IMG/VR virus record: IMGVR_UViG_3300022925_002539
Location: 1 to 64,000 of that record
Origin: a virus
Length of the DNA: 64,000 nt
Direction: 5' to 3' (one strand)
Shown here: one piece after another, positions 37,702-47,400 of the stretch
How the letters are laid out: every line of letters starts with the position of its first letter
Numbering within the stretch: the first letter of the stretch is position 1
Notes under the pieces: generated by a model
Seen by the model: the letters and a program-made list of their open reading frames with translations, nothing else
What the model was told of the DNA's origin: nothing
The model's database searches: none
Program-made: the position numbers and the translations under genes

Positions 37702-37998
37702 ATGGGACAAATTCTAGATCTTTTTGAAAACGACAACAACTCTACAGGTGTTAAACAAATTAGTATGCCAGCTTACCAAACAAGTGACGGGAAAATCTTT
37801 TATACAAAAGGAGAAGCAGAAGATTATGAAGCTAGTGAACAACTAATCAAAGATCTTGTTAACAACTATCAAACATGGAATAATCCAAATCAAGTTGGCG
37901 GATGGACTCTACGAGGTATGGGAGACGAATTTGTAAGAGCAGATTGTAATACTTTAGAAATATACACTCGTTATATTGTTTCGCAAATAAAAGGTTGA
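37702..37998 (+). CDS. hypothetical protein
   Basis: ORF track; promoter at 37644-37671. Confidence 0.6.
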   Translation: MGQILDLFENDNNSTGVKQISMPAYQTSDGKIFYTKGEAEDYEASEQLIKDLVNNYQTWNNPNQVGGWTLRGMGDEFVRADCNTLEIYTRYIVSQIKG

Positions 37999-38050
37999 CA
38001 AAACATAAAAAGGTGCTATAGTAATAATATAGTTAGAAAACGGAGAGAAG

Positions 38051-38632
38051 ATGAAAAAGACGATAGTTGTAGATTGTGATGGAGTAATATGTAATTGGGA
38101 ATATGCCTTTGATATTTTTATGGCAGAACTTGGATTTAAGAGAGTAAAAGATAGTAATTTAATTTACAACATTGGTGAAAGATACGGTGTAGATAAAACA
38201 CAAGGTAAGAAACTTATTAAACAGTTTAATGAAAGTGCAGCAATTGGTTACCTTCCTCCACTTAGAGATGCAGTACAATATGTTACAAAGATGGCTGAAG
38301 AAGGTTGGGACTTTCATTGTGTTACAAGTTTGTCAACAAACAAATATGCACAGAAACTAAGGAAGATGAACTTAGCAAAACTTTTTGGAAAAGATACATT
38401 CAGTGTTGTAACTTGTATAGGCACTGGTGCAGATAAAGATGATGCACTTTCAGTTTACAAAGACAGTGGTTACTTTTGGGTAGAAGATAAGCCTGAGAAT
38501 TGTTTAGCAGGATTAAAGCAAGGAATGAAACCGTTGCTAATGGAGCATGGTTTTAATATGCATGATAAAGACTTTCCATTAATGAAAAATTGGAAAGATA
38601 TATACAACTATGTAAATAAGAACTTAGTATAA
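38051..38632 (+). CDS. 5'(3')-deoxyribonucleotidase, HAD family
   Basis: VDCDGV, VTS, K, WVEDK; promoter at 37995-38022. Confidence 0.8.
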   Translation: MKKTIVVDCDGVICNWEYAFDIFMAELGFKRVKDSNLIYNIGERYGVDKTQGKKLIKQFNESAAIGYLPPLRDAVQYVTKMAEEGWDFHCVTSLSTNKYAQKLRKMNLAKLFGKDTFSVVTCIGTGADKDDALSVYKDSGYFWVEDKPENCLAGLKQGMKPLLMEHGFNMHDKDFPLMKNWKDIYNYVNKNLV

Positions 38633-38642
38633 GGAATACATT

Positions 38643-39002
38643 ATGAACAAATTTATTGCAGACTGTTGGAATGCAGTGATGAATGATAAACGTAATCCAC
38701 TGGCTAATATTCCTGATCTAAACACTAGACACATGGTAATGCAGGTATTAGCATGGATGTGGTGTATTATTTTTTCAATGAGTATAGGTAGTATTACAGT
38801 GTTTGCATACAGTGCAGTTGCTCATAGTCTACTGCTTGCAGGAATAGTAATCACAGTGGGCACGTTTGAATTAGCCAAAAGACGTCCTACATTCTTTTTA
38901 GATAAAAGGTACCATACACCTAGCAGAAGCAGAGGCTATATGTGGGTAAACGGTAAAAAAGTCATACTGGATAAAAATGATCCAGGTGGCGAACACGAAT
39001 AA
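38643..39002 (+). CDS. two-TM hypothetical protein
   Basis: NPL..IPD...RHMVMQVLAWMWC motif. Confidence 0.65.
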   Translation: MNKFIADCWNAVMNDKRNPLANIPDLNTRHMVMQVLAWMWCIIFSMSIGSITVFAYSAVAHSLLLAGIVITVGTFELAKRRPTFFLDKRYHTPSRSRGYMWVNGKKVILDKNDPGGEHE

Positions 39003-39008
39003 AATTTA

Positions 39009-39085
39009 GCACCAGTAGCTCAGCTGGATAGAGCATCGGTCTACGAAACCGAGGGTCGGAGGTTCGAATCCTTCCTGGTGCACCA
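39009..39085 (+). tRNA. tRNA-Arg(ACG)
   Basis: GCACCAG/CTGGTGC acceptor, TCGGT-CTACGAA-ACCGA anticodon arm, encoded CCA. Confidence 0.95.
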
Positions 39086-39092
39086 ATTTTTC

Positions 39093-39623
39093 TTATTCTA
39101 AAAACCCATTAGGTGCACGGAATAATGCTATTAAAGGACATGTAATAACAACACCATCATCGCCACCCCAAACGATAATATCATAAAAATCCCCAGAACT
39201 TTCGTTCCAGTCTGCAGGAATTTGATCTCCTGTAACATTAGTTGGTATAGTTCTTCCCTGAAAATTATCATAATTTGTAAAATCAGTAACTGTAACATCA
39301 GTTGTCCCATTATATGCTTTAAAAATTCCATCTGTGTCTTTAGTAATATATCTTATACCATTTATATGTACATTTCTATCAGTATCTGAATCTACATAAT
39401 AATCATTTACTAAAACTACTTTAATAGTACATGTCACACTTCCATCACTATTAGGATCAGGTAGTCCTGTAGCATCAAAAGAAACAATACTTGGTGTATC
39501 ACGTGATTCAGCAGAAACTTCTGCTTCTGTTAATATTTGAGTATCATTTACGAAGACATTTATTTTAGCATTTTCGCTGCCTTCTTTATCTTGCCAACAC
39601 CTTAGTGCAAATTTATAATCCAT
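39093..39623 (-). CDS. CBM60-like carbohydrate-binding protein
   Basis: AKINVFVN...V.L.NDYY....DRNVHI..I. Confidence 0.5.
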   Translation of the reverse strand: MDYKFALRCWQDKEGSENAKINVFVNDTQILTEAEVSAESRDTPSIVSFDATGLPDPNSDGSVTCTIKVVLVNDYYVDSDTDRNVHINGIRYITKDTDGIFKAYNGTTDVTVTDFTNYDNFQGRTIPTNVTGDQIPADWNESSGDFYDIIVWGGDDGVVITCPLIALFRAPNGFLE

Positions 39624-39660
39624 GAATTAAGTCTCCGGTTTTAAAAATGTTATAACACCA

Positions 39661-40404
39661 TTATTTATCGCCGTAGATGTCTAAAACTTCTGCAACTGCA
39701 GGATGTCTTTCGATATCTTCGTGATCAAATTTACTTACAGATATATATTCACTGTCTAAATAAGCATCGTATAACTTTTGAAAATCTAATAAGCCATTTT
39801 CATACTCTTTACGATCTGTTTGTGCTATATCACCTGTAACAACCATTCTACTGTCATCACCTATACGAGTGAGTAACATCTTCATTTGACTAGGTGTAGC
39901 ATTTTGCATCTCGTCTGCGATAACAAATGCATTTTTAAATGTACGTCCTCTCATAAAAGCAAGTGGACTAACTTCTATTATACCCTCTGTAATCATAGTT
40001 TGTATTTGTTTTGCAGTATAATATTCTCTTACTACATCAAATATAGGCTTTGTCCAGGGTTCCATTTTTGCATTTAAATCGCCAGGTAAAAATCCGTGTT
40101 TTTCATCATCTACACCAACTGCAGGTCTCGTAATAATTAACCTATCTATAGTCTGCTCTTTTAGTGCTTTCACTGCCGCCAACACTGCTAACATTGTCTT
40201 ACCTGTACCAGCAGGTCCTGTAGCAAATATAATTGTTTGCGTCGGATCTAATAGTTTTTGTATGTAATCTTTTTGATTTGGGTTGCGACCATGTATATGG
40301 ACTTGTTTTTGTTTTTGTGCTTGTGGTAGGTAGTGAACGTTATTATTGATGTATTCAGCATGAGTTTCGTGTCTATGTCTCTGCTTACGGTTTTTTCTAG
40401 CCAT
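39661..40404 (-). CDS. phoH: PhoH-like ATPase
   Basis: GPAGTGKT, GFLPGD, LAFMRGRTF, DEMQN, LTRIG, GD..Q.D, RH..V. Confidence 0.96.
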   Translation of the reverse strand: MARKNRKQRHRHETHAEYINNNVHYLPQAQKQKQVHIHGRNPNQKDYIQKLLDPTQTIIFATGPAGTGKTMLAVLAAVKALKEQTIDRLIITRPAVGVDDEKHGFLPGDLNAKMEPWTKPIFDVVREYYTAKQIQTMITEGIIEVSPLAFMRGRTFKNAFVIADEMQNATPSQMKMLLTRIGDDSRMVVTGDIAQTDRKEYENGLLDFQKLYDAYLDSEYISVSKFDHEDIERHPAVAEVLDIYGDK

Positions 40405-40560
40405 TTATTTGCTATCTCCTGTTAATGTTATAGAGAAGCAAATTTTTTAATTGATTCATGAAGACTCTTGCCTCCCTTTCCTAACTGTATTTAAATCACA
40501 CTATTAGTAGATATAATACCATATATTAGTTATATACGTATATAATGGATAAATAATTTT

Positions 40561-41094
40561 ATGCTTCCAGAATTAATATTTTTTACAGGTGTGCCAGGCA
40601 GTCGTTGGAGTGGTATTGCACAGGAGATCAAACAAGACCCAGCTTACGATACAACAGACAGAGCGCCACATAGAGTTTATACACACAATAAATTCTCAGG
40701 ACATCGAGATGCTTATTTTGGCACAGGCATGGAGTTTGATTGTAGTTTATTTGCAAGCAACCTATATGCACCTTTTTCAGGTACAGGTACTAAATTACTA
40801 ATGAGTCATGAGTGGCCATATTATTTTTCAGAAATACAATATCAATATCCAGATGCTTGGATACAACTAATATATAGAGCAGACCAACCTAGTATGGATT
40901 GGTGGTTACAAGCCGGAGGTTTTACAATTACATATCCTAACTATGAATGGTATGAAAATATAGATACTATGTGGGAAAGAATATGTGAACAAAATCAACT
41001 TATACTTGACTTTGCTCAGAAACATAAGTTACAATGGAAACAACATCATAAACACAGTGATATTTTCATTACTACATATAAAGGTAAACCATGA
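40561..41094 (+). CDS. sulfotransferase/P-loop-like hypothetical protein
   Basis: FFTGVPGSRWSG N-terminal loop; IQLIYR. Confidence 0.45.
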   Translation: MLPELIFFTGVPGSRWSGIAQEIKQDPAYDTTDRAPHRVYTHNKFSGHRDAYFGTGMEFDCSLFASNLYAPFSGTGTKLLMSHEWPYYFSEIQYQYPDAWIQLIYRADQPSMDWWLQAGGFTITYPNYEWYENIDTMWERICEQNQLILDFAQKHKLQWKQHHKHSDIFITTYKGKP

Positions 41095-41774
41095 ATCATA
41101 AAATCCTTAACAAACTAGAACAGATGATACACGTATCACCTCAACTTCTACGAAATCCAAATACCATGCGTCAAGCAATACAGGCCACATTTAATGTAAC
41201 TGTAGAAGATGTTGAGTACGAAAACATTGGACAACTAGTAGATAGAATTGATGATAAAGTGTTGGGACATTATTTTGCCAATGTTTGGCAAGGAGAAATG
41301 TCAAAATACAAATACAGTGGTCCAGCACTAATAGATGAAATAAACAAACTGAAACCAAGACATGTTCTAGATATTGGATGTGGATACCATGAGTTCAAAG
41401 GCAAGATAGACAATATTATAGGGATTGATCCATATAATGATCGTGCTGATTTACAAATCAAACTATTAGATTACTATCCAGAAGAACGTTTTGATGCAAT
41501 ACTAGCACTAGGAAGTATAAATTTTGGTAGTACAGATAAAATATTTGCTGAGCTAGAACATGCAGTGAGTTTGTGCAATCCAGGTGCAGTACTATTCTTT
41601 AGAGCAAATCCAGGACTGCCACATGATAAAACAGAATCAAACTGGATTAGTTTTTATCCCTGGGACGCCAACTTTGTAGTAAATTGTGCTAATCAACTAG
41701 GTGTAGACATATTGGATCTACGTACAGACAGTCATAAAAATCGACTGTACTTCGTTTGGAGGACAAAACAGTAA
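41091..41774 (+). CDS. class I SAM-dependent methyltransferase
   Basis: VLDIGCG, GID, FD.ILALGSINF. Confidence 0.8.
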   Translation: MNHKILNKLEQMIHVSPQLLRNPNTMRQAIQATFNVTVEDVEYENIGQLVDRIDDKVLGHYFANVWQGEMSKYKYSGPALIDEINKLKPRHVLDIGCGYHEFKGKIDNIIGIDPYNDRADLQIKLLDYYPEERFDAILALGSINFGSTDKIFAELEHAVSLCNPGAVLFFRANPGLPHDKTESNWISFYPWDANFVVNCANQLGVDILDLRTDSHKNRLYFVWRTKQ

Positions 41775-42124
41775 TGAAGTGGGAAATATTCCAAAAGAAA
41801 TATACAAACGTAGGCTTATCCCCAGATGATAGACTATGGGAATATGATGCAGATGGATCACAAATTTATCAACTAAAATGTGGATTTGGGTTAAAAACAC
41901 TATGGGACGGTGGTCGTGCTTATTGGGAAAAAGATTTTGCACAAAAATGGAAAGATGCAAATGAACTATACTTTGCAGTAAAAGGACAACTTATACCTGA
42001 TAGTTGGAGCCAAAAAGACGTAGATAGAATGGTTGATAATTATACCGCAAGACTTTGGGGAAACTGTGAACGTTTACCTCGTACTTCAGAAAAGTTTGAA
42101 TCTGTCTGGAAAGAACATAAATAA
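41774..42124 (+). CDS. hypothetical protein
   Basis: In frame with track ORF; ATG at 41774 overlaps the upstream TAA. Confidence 0.6.
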   Translation: MKWEIFQKKYTNVGLSPDDRLWEYDADGSQIYQLKCGFGLKTLWDGGRAYWEKDFAQKWKDANELYFAVKGQLIPDSWSQKDVDRMVDNYTARLWGNCERLPRTSEKFESVWKEHK

Positions 42125-42131
42125 AAACATA

Positions 42132-42214
42132 CTACAACTAACGCTCGAATGTAAAGAAGTTCAGTTGTAGACTCCCGGAAATTTTTAAGGCACATTCGCA
42201 TGTATGCGACTGTG
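42132..42214 (+). ncRNA. structured leader upstream of tctA
   Basis: Stems ctacaact/agttgtag and caca..tcgca/tgcga..tgtg; loop cgaatgt is complementary to acattcg. Confidence 0.4.
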
Positions 42215-42222
42215 GATTCTCT

Positions 42223-43653
42223 ATGATTGAAATGATTACAGCTTTAATGGCTGGCGTACTATATGGATTACTAATAGGCATAATACCTAGTGCAGGTGCT
42301 ACTACAGGTTTGGTTGCACTGTTTGGTTTTATCAGTTACTTTGTTCATGAACCATATTTAGGTGTAGTATTCTTAATGGCAGTGGTTGCTGCTAGTACCA
42401 CAGGCGATAGTTTTACTTCAATATTGTTAGGAATACCAGGAGCAAACAGTGCCGCTGCTACTATGGTAGATGGCTTTCCACTTGCACAACAAGGCAGAGC
42501 AAGTTATGCAATCAGTGCCGCCGTTACCACTTCAACAGTAAATGGTTTAATTTGGGGTTGTTTAGTGTTCTTATTATTACCTTGGTATACAAACTTATTG
42601 ATGATTATTGGTGTACCTGAACTTTGGGCATTTACTGTACTTGCACTAGCAACAGTTGGATTTATAAGTACAAAATTTTGGTTCCGTAGTTTGTGTGCAA
42701 TTTGTATTGGTATATTTTTAGGCATGGTAGGAGTTAACCCAGAAACAAATGAGCCACGTTTTACTGGTAGTTGGTTTTATTTAGAAGATGGTATACAACT
42801 TATGCCAGTAGTTGCAGGACTATTTGCTATTCCAGAATTAATTAAAGGACTGTTCAATAGAACTAAGACTGCCACTATTGTAAAAAGCGAATTAACAGAA
42901 GGTGTCAAAGAATTTTGGCGTAATCGTTGGTTAGGACTACGAGGCGGTTTTATTGGTGCTTTTATAGGTTTACTGCCTGGACTAGGAGGTGCTATGGCAG
43001 ATTGGATGGCATACGGAAGTGCAGTCGCTAGTAATCCAAATGAACGTTTTGGTAACGGCAATATTAAAGGTGTTATAGGACCAGAAGGTGCTAATAATGC
43101 ACAGAAAGCAACAAGTATGATTCCAACAGTTTTATTTGGTATACCAGGTGCACCGTTTGCGGCAGTTTTAATGAGTTTGTTTATGTATCTAAATTTTGAA
43201 TTAGGCACACCAGATTTAGCCTACGACACAGAATTTTTTACAAGTATGACATTTGGCTTTTTAAGTGCAACAGTTATAGTTGCAATATTGTGTATATTTT
43301 TAATAAAGCCAATTAGTTATATTACCAGTGTCCCTTACAAATATTATTTTCCTATTTTACTAGCAGTAATTGTATGGAGTAGTATGCAGTATACAGGAGG
43401 CTGGGAAGATTTTGTAATGTTAGCTGTATTTTCCTGCATAGGATTTGTTTGCAGACATTACAAATTTAGTAGACCTGCTCTACTAATAGGATTTATATTA
43501 TCCGAAAAAATAGAAAAACTTTCCATACAGATGTTTGCTTTGTATGACATTGAAAGTTTAATTACAAGACCGATATTTATGGTATTAGTTATTTTTATTA
43601 TAGGTATCTTTGCATATAGTTTTATAAAGAAAGGAAAAATCGATTATGCGTAA
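42223..43653 (+). CDS. tctA: tripartite tricarboxylate transporter permease
   Basis: SILLGIPG..SAAAT..DG.P.AQQG, GLLPGLG, GPEGANNA, P...FGIPG; about 12 TM. Confidence 0.9.
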   Translation: MIEMITALMAGVLYGLLIGIIPSAGATTGLVALFGFISYFVHEPYLGVVFLMAVVAASTTGDSFTSILLGIPGANSAAATMVDGFPLAQQGRASYAISAAVTTSTVNGLIWGCLVFLLLPWYTNLLMIIGVPELWAFTVLALATVGFISTKFWFRSLCAICIGIFLGMVGVNPETNEPRFTGSWFYLEDGIQLMPVVAGLFAIPELIKGLFNRTKTATIVKSELTEGVKEFWRNRWLGLRGGFIGAFIGLLPGLGGAMADWMAYGSAVASNPNERFGNGNIKGVIGPEGANNAQKATSMIPTVLFGIPGAPFAAVLMSLFMYLNFELGTPDLAYDTEFFTSMTFGFLSATVIVAILCIFLIKPISYITSVPYKYYFPILLAVIVWSSMQYTGGWEDFVMLAVFSCIGFVCRHYKFSRPALLIGFILSEKIEKLSIQMFALYDIESLITRPIFMVLVIFIIGIFAYSFIKKGKIDYA

Positions 43654-44707
43654 ATTTTTAATTGCATTATTTTTAATGCTTAGTACACCAGCACTTGCTG
43701 ATTATACAATGATAGTACCACAAAAGCCAGGAGGAGGTACAAGTGTGTGGGCACAGATCGTGGCTACAGAAATGGAAAAATATTTAGATGAAAAGATTGT
43801 TATCAAACACATTAGAGGTGCTAGAGACATTCCTGGATTCAACAAGTTTCACAATGAACTCCAAAATGATCCAAAAACAATAATGGTATCTCATGGTGGT
43901 AATGGTGTAAGTTTCTTAAACGAAAAGGTAGATTACAACTATGCCGACTATGAAAGTGTAGGATTAATGAATCTAAATATTATTGTTGCATCACGTAAGG
44001 ATCATAATCCATACGGTGGAAAGAAAACTGCTTTTGCTGCTGGTAGTGGAATGATTCCAGAAGGCATTGCAATGACATTACTAAAGTGTGGAGCAGGACT
44101 TACTACAGAACAATACATTGACTGTTTCAAACGTAAAGTAAACTGGGTAAAAGGTATGTCAGGTGGCGAAAGACGTTTAGCATTTAAACGTGGCGAACTA
44201 GACGGTACTAGAGAAAATCCAGCTGCTTTTAAAAAACATGTTCAACCTACTATTGAACAAGGCGTTGCAGGATTATGGTTTCACCATGGGATACTACAAG
44301 CAGATGGTTCACATGCTGATGATCCAAATTATCCAGGATATCAAATGGAGCAATTATTCTATGCAGCAAATAGAACAAAACCAGAAGGTGATTTATATGC
44401 CGCCTATAAACTTGTAAAAAGTTTCCGTGATGGTATGCAAAAAGCACTATGGGTTGGAAAAGGAAATCCAAATAAAGCGAAACTAATCGCAGCATTAAAA
44501 CAAGTTGCTACAAATCCTGAAAGTGTCAGTGCAGTAGAAAAGAAAGTTGGCAAGTATCAATGGCTAATTGGCAATGCCGGTGATGCTCATAGAGATACAC
44601 TGATGAAACTTATTACACCTGAAGCATTAAGTACACTTGTGAAGTTTAATAACGAAGCATTTGGAATTAAAGCTGTGTATAAGGATACATTACTTGCCCA
44701 AAAATAA
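43646..44707 (+). CDS. tctC: TTT substrate-binding protein (TctC/Bug-like)
   Basis: Signal peptide, IVPQKPGGGT, G.....A..RGE.D; follows tctA. Confidence 0.75.
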   Translation: MRKFLIALFLMLSTPALADYTMIVPQKPGGGTSVWAQIVATEMEKYLDEKIVIKHIRGARDIPGFNKFHNELQNDPKTIMVSHGGNGVSFLNEKVDYNYADYESVGLMNLNIIVASRKDHNPYGGKKTAFAAGSGMIPEGIAMTLLKCGAGLTTEQYIDCFKRKVNWVKGMSGGERRLAFKRGELDGTRENPAAFKKHVQPTIEQGVAGLWFHHGILQADGSHADDPNYPGYQMEQLFYAANRTKPEGDLYAAYKLVKSFRDGMQKALWVGKGNPNKAKLIAALKQVATNPESVSAVEKKVGKYQWLIGNAGDAHRDTLMKLITPEALSTLVKFNNEAFGIKAVYKDTLLAQK

Positions 44708-44708
44708 T

Positions 44709-44933
44709 AGTGGCATCGTAGTTTACGTTAAATATGCGAGTGCAGTGGTCATACTTATTGCTATGATACTGCATGTCGCAGGCGTAACTCCATGGAATAG
44801 CATACTGCAAATGATAGGTGCTAGTGGGTGGATTTATGTTGGTTTTAAATGGAATGAACGTGCAATTATTCTTAACTTTTTACCACAGTTTGCGATAATA
44901 GTTCCTATGTTAATTTGGATGTACTTATTATGA
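44709..44933 (+). CDS. small three-TM protein (DUF6552-like)
   Basis: PWN...Q.IG..GW..VG..W.E.AI..N; start uncertain. Confidence 0.55.
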   Translation, partial: SGIVVYVKYASAVVILIAMILHVAGVTPWNSILQMIGASGWIYVGFKWNERAIILNFLPQFAIIVPMLIWMYLL

Positions 44934-45667
44934 GAAAATTTGTAAACAAAAAACTTGATGATCCTAACGACTATGCCAGTAGTTGGGATTGGACTGTTGC
45001 ACATAGTGATTACCATTTTGATGACACTATACAAGACCAACCAGGTGATTGGTTTGAAGTGATTGGTAGATTCGAAGGAGATTGGAAAGCGGAACGTGAT
45101 AGACTTGTCAAAGCAACACATCCTGTAAACTGGTCAACACGTAAACATTTTGCACAAAAGAAAAAAGATCCTGAAATGCTTACTCAGGAAGAATATGATA
45201 TTGCTCAAGCAGGCGGGGATCCAAAAGGATTAATTCTTACTAACAAAAATAGTTTTTCAGATTGGTCAGATTATCCAACATTATATAAAATGATGGATTA
45301 CTTTAAACTTACAAGTGATGGTGTTAGTTTAGTAAAGTGGCAAGCACATATACAAATGACTGGACAAATGTTTAACAAGCACATTGATAAATTATGGGAC
45401 AGATGTCCAGACGATCCAGAACGTGTAGTACGAATAACTATTATGTTAGATGACTGGCAACCTGGACATTTTTATATGTACGGAAACTGTATGTACGATC
45501 GATGGCGTGCCGGAGAGGTACATGTATTTGATTGGAGTAATGTTCCACATTGTACTGCTAATGCTAGTAGTCATCCACGAGCAGTATTACAAATGACTGG
45601 ACTAAAGACAGATCGTACAAGAGAAATTCTAGATAATGCAAACAAGGATAATATCTTTAAAATATGA
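44930..45667 (+). CDS. 2OG-Fe(II) hydroxylase (Asp/Asn beta-hydroxylase-like)
   Basis: HID...R..I.L.DW.PG...W.AG...FDW...PH.TAN...R. Confidence 0.7.
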   Translation: MRKFVNKKLDDPNDYASSWDWTVAHSDYHFDDTIQDQPGDWFEVIGRFEGDWKAERDRLVKATHPVNWSTRKHFAQKKKDPEMLTQEEYDIAQAGGDPKGLILTNKNSFSDWSDYPTLYKMMDYFKLTSDGVSLVKWQAHIQMTGQMFNKHIDKLWDRCPDDPERVVRITIMLDDWQPGHFYMYGNCMYDRWRAGEVHVFDWSNVPHCTANASSHPRAVLQMTGLKTDRTREILDNANKDNIFKI

Positions 45668-46350
45668 CAGTATTAATAGCAGGCGGAGATAGTTTTACAT
45701 ATGGTAGTGAACTACCAAGCCAAGAACATACCTGGGCAAATTTACTAGCAAAACGAAAAGGTTGGAATATTTGTAATACTGCAAAACCTGGTTACTCTAA
45801 TAGTGCTATTAGACGTAATGTCATGAATGCAGTAAATCAATATAAAGACTTAGATATTTATGTAGCAGTTATGTGGAGTTTTCCTAATCGTTATGAGTTT
45901 AGATTTGCATACGATACAGGACAACGTGAAAGTCCTTGGTATAGTATTAATCCTTTTACACCTCCAACATTTACAAATCAAACACATACAGATAATGCAG
46001 ACTCTAAAGGTATTACAGAATTTGTAGGCAATTATGTCAAAAATATAGCAATTGACCCATATTGGGAAATATATAATAGCTGGTGTGAAATTGTTATGTT
46101 ACAAAATTATCTTATCAAACATAACATCAGATATGTTTTTATGACAGTAGATCATACAATTTTTAAGTCGCAATTAGTATTAGACACAACACTTAAAACA
46201 CTTATTGCTGATATAGATATGTCAAAATTTATTGACCAGGAAGGAATGTTTACCTGGGCAAAACGTACAAAACAGGAGTTTTATACAACTCATCCTAAAG
46301 AGTCTGCACATATAGAATGGATAAATATGTTATATGATAGGATTGTGTAA
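45664..46350 (+). CDS. SGNH-hydrolase-like protein
   Basis: GGDSFTYG, PGYSN..I.R, THP..SAH. Confidence 0.55.
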   Translation: MTVLIAGGDSFTYGSELPSQEHTWANLLAKRKGWNICNTAKPGYSNSAIRRNVMNAVNQYKDLDIYVAVMWSFPNRYEFRFAYDTGQRESPWYSINPFTPPTFTNQTHTDNADSKGITEFVGNYVKNIAIDPYWEIYNSWCEIVMLQNYLIKHNIRYVFMTVDHTIFKSQLVLDTTLKTLIADIDMSKFIDQEGMFTWAKRTKQEFYTTHPKESAHIEWINMLYDRIV

Positions 46351-46877
46351 TGGATATAGTTGATATTATCAAAAATACTAAAAGTATTTACATGAGTGAG
46401 AGCAGTCTAGAAACTATGATGGACATTGAACGTGTTGTAGATAGTTTAGACATATATGCTTTTAAAAATTGGAAAAAAGGTGAACTAGTAGAAGGCCCTA
46501 TACGTAAGAAGCATTGGGTTGAAGCAACCTTTATGTGGCCTAAGAAACTTATGCCAGATCCTGACGGGGCAAAACGTTTGCTTGGGTACAATGCAAAAGT
46601 TACATACAGAGAAAGTACAGTTGCTACACCAGTTAAAGTAGAAGATTACAGTGACTTTAGACCTGGAACTAAGAAGCCTAAGTTACGTGAAGATCCAGTT
46701 TGGCTAGTAAATATTAAATTACCTATTGAACTTATAAAAGAATTTCGTGATGGATATATGGACATTGAAGGTAAAGAAATAGACGTTTCTGAAATTGATG
46801 ATGCATATGAAGAAGGCTTAGATCAAGCAGAACTAACAAACTTGAATAAAGACAAGGATGAATTTGATGCCACTTGA
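46350..46877 (+). CDS. conserved phage hypothetical protein
   Basis: FKNW..GELVEGP...HWV....MWP...MPDP.G..RL. Confidence 0.7.
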   Translation: MDIVDIIKNTKSIYMSESSLETMMDIERVVDSLDIYAFKNWKKGELVEGPIRKKHWVEATFMWPKKLMPDPDGAKRLLGYNAKVTYRESTVATPVKVEDYSDFRPGTKKPKLREDPVWLVNIKLPIELIKEFRDGYMDIEGKEIDVSEIDDAYEEGLDQAELTNLNKDKDEFDAT

Positions 46878-47397
46878 TGAACAGGATTTAGAAGGTCGTA
46901 TTGAGGAAACTGTACACTTTGATGAATACAAGCCTAAGATGGGAACTGATGATGCAATTATAGTTGCAACATTCAAAGTGTTTGGTAAACAACCTGCAAT
47001 GGATCTTGAAAGTTTTATTGAAAAAGGATATGACTGGGTAATAGATGCAGAAACTAGTGCTGGTGAAATAAGCGAAGGCAAGTATATTGTATTCGTTGAA
47101 GCAGAACGTAGAACACATTATCCTGCAAAGTTTATGGGTCTAATTGAAGATCTTAAAAATATTACAGATGTAGAAAACTGGCAGTTTATGTATTTTGATA
47201 GACCTGAAAGTAGAAAAAATGCAACACTTCCTCTAACACAAACACAGTTGGCATCATCTATTCCACTTAGTCCTAAAAAATATAGAGATGCTAAACGTGC
47301 AGTAGCAACAATGGAAAGTATTCTAAACAGTGCAAGAGTGCCAAGAAGCAAAGGCGATATAGAACAATTCAAACCTTACCAACCAAAAGAGAGATAG
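46858..47397 (+). CDS. conserved phage hypothetical protein
   Basis: DEYKPKMG.D; FIEKGYDWV.DA. Confidence 0.7.
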   Translation: MNLMPLDEQDLEGRIEETVHFDEYKPKMGTDDAIIVATFKVFGKQPAMDLESFIEKGYDWVIDAETSAGEISEGKYIVFVEAERRTHYPAKFMGLIEDLKNITDVENWQFMYFDRPESRKNATLPLTQTQLASSIPLSPKKYRDAKRAVATMESILNSARVPRSKGDIEQFKPYQPKER

Positions 47398-47400
47398 TCA

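Noticed and set aside
40405-40560. Pho box upstream of phoH
   Set aside because: No CTGTCAT-type 11-bp-period repeat on either strand.
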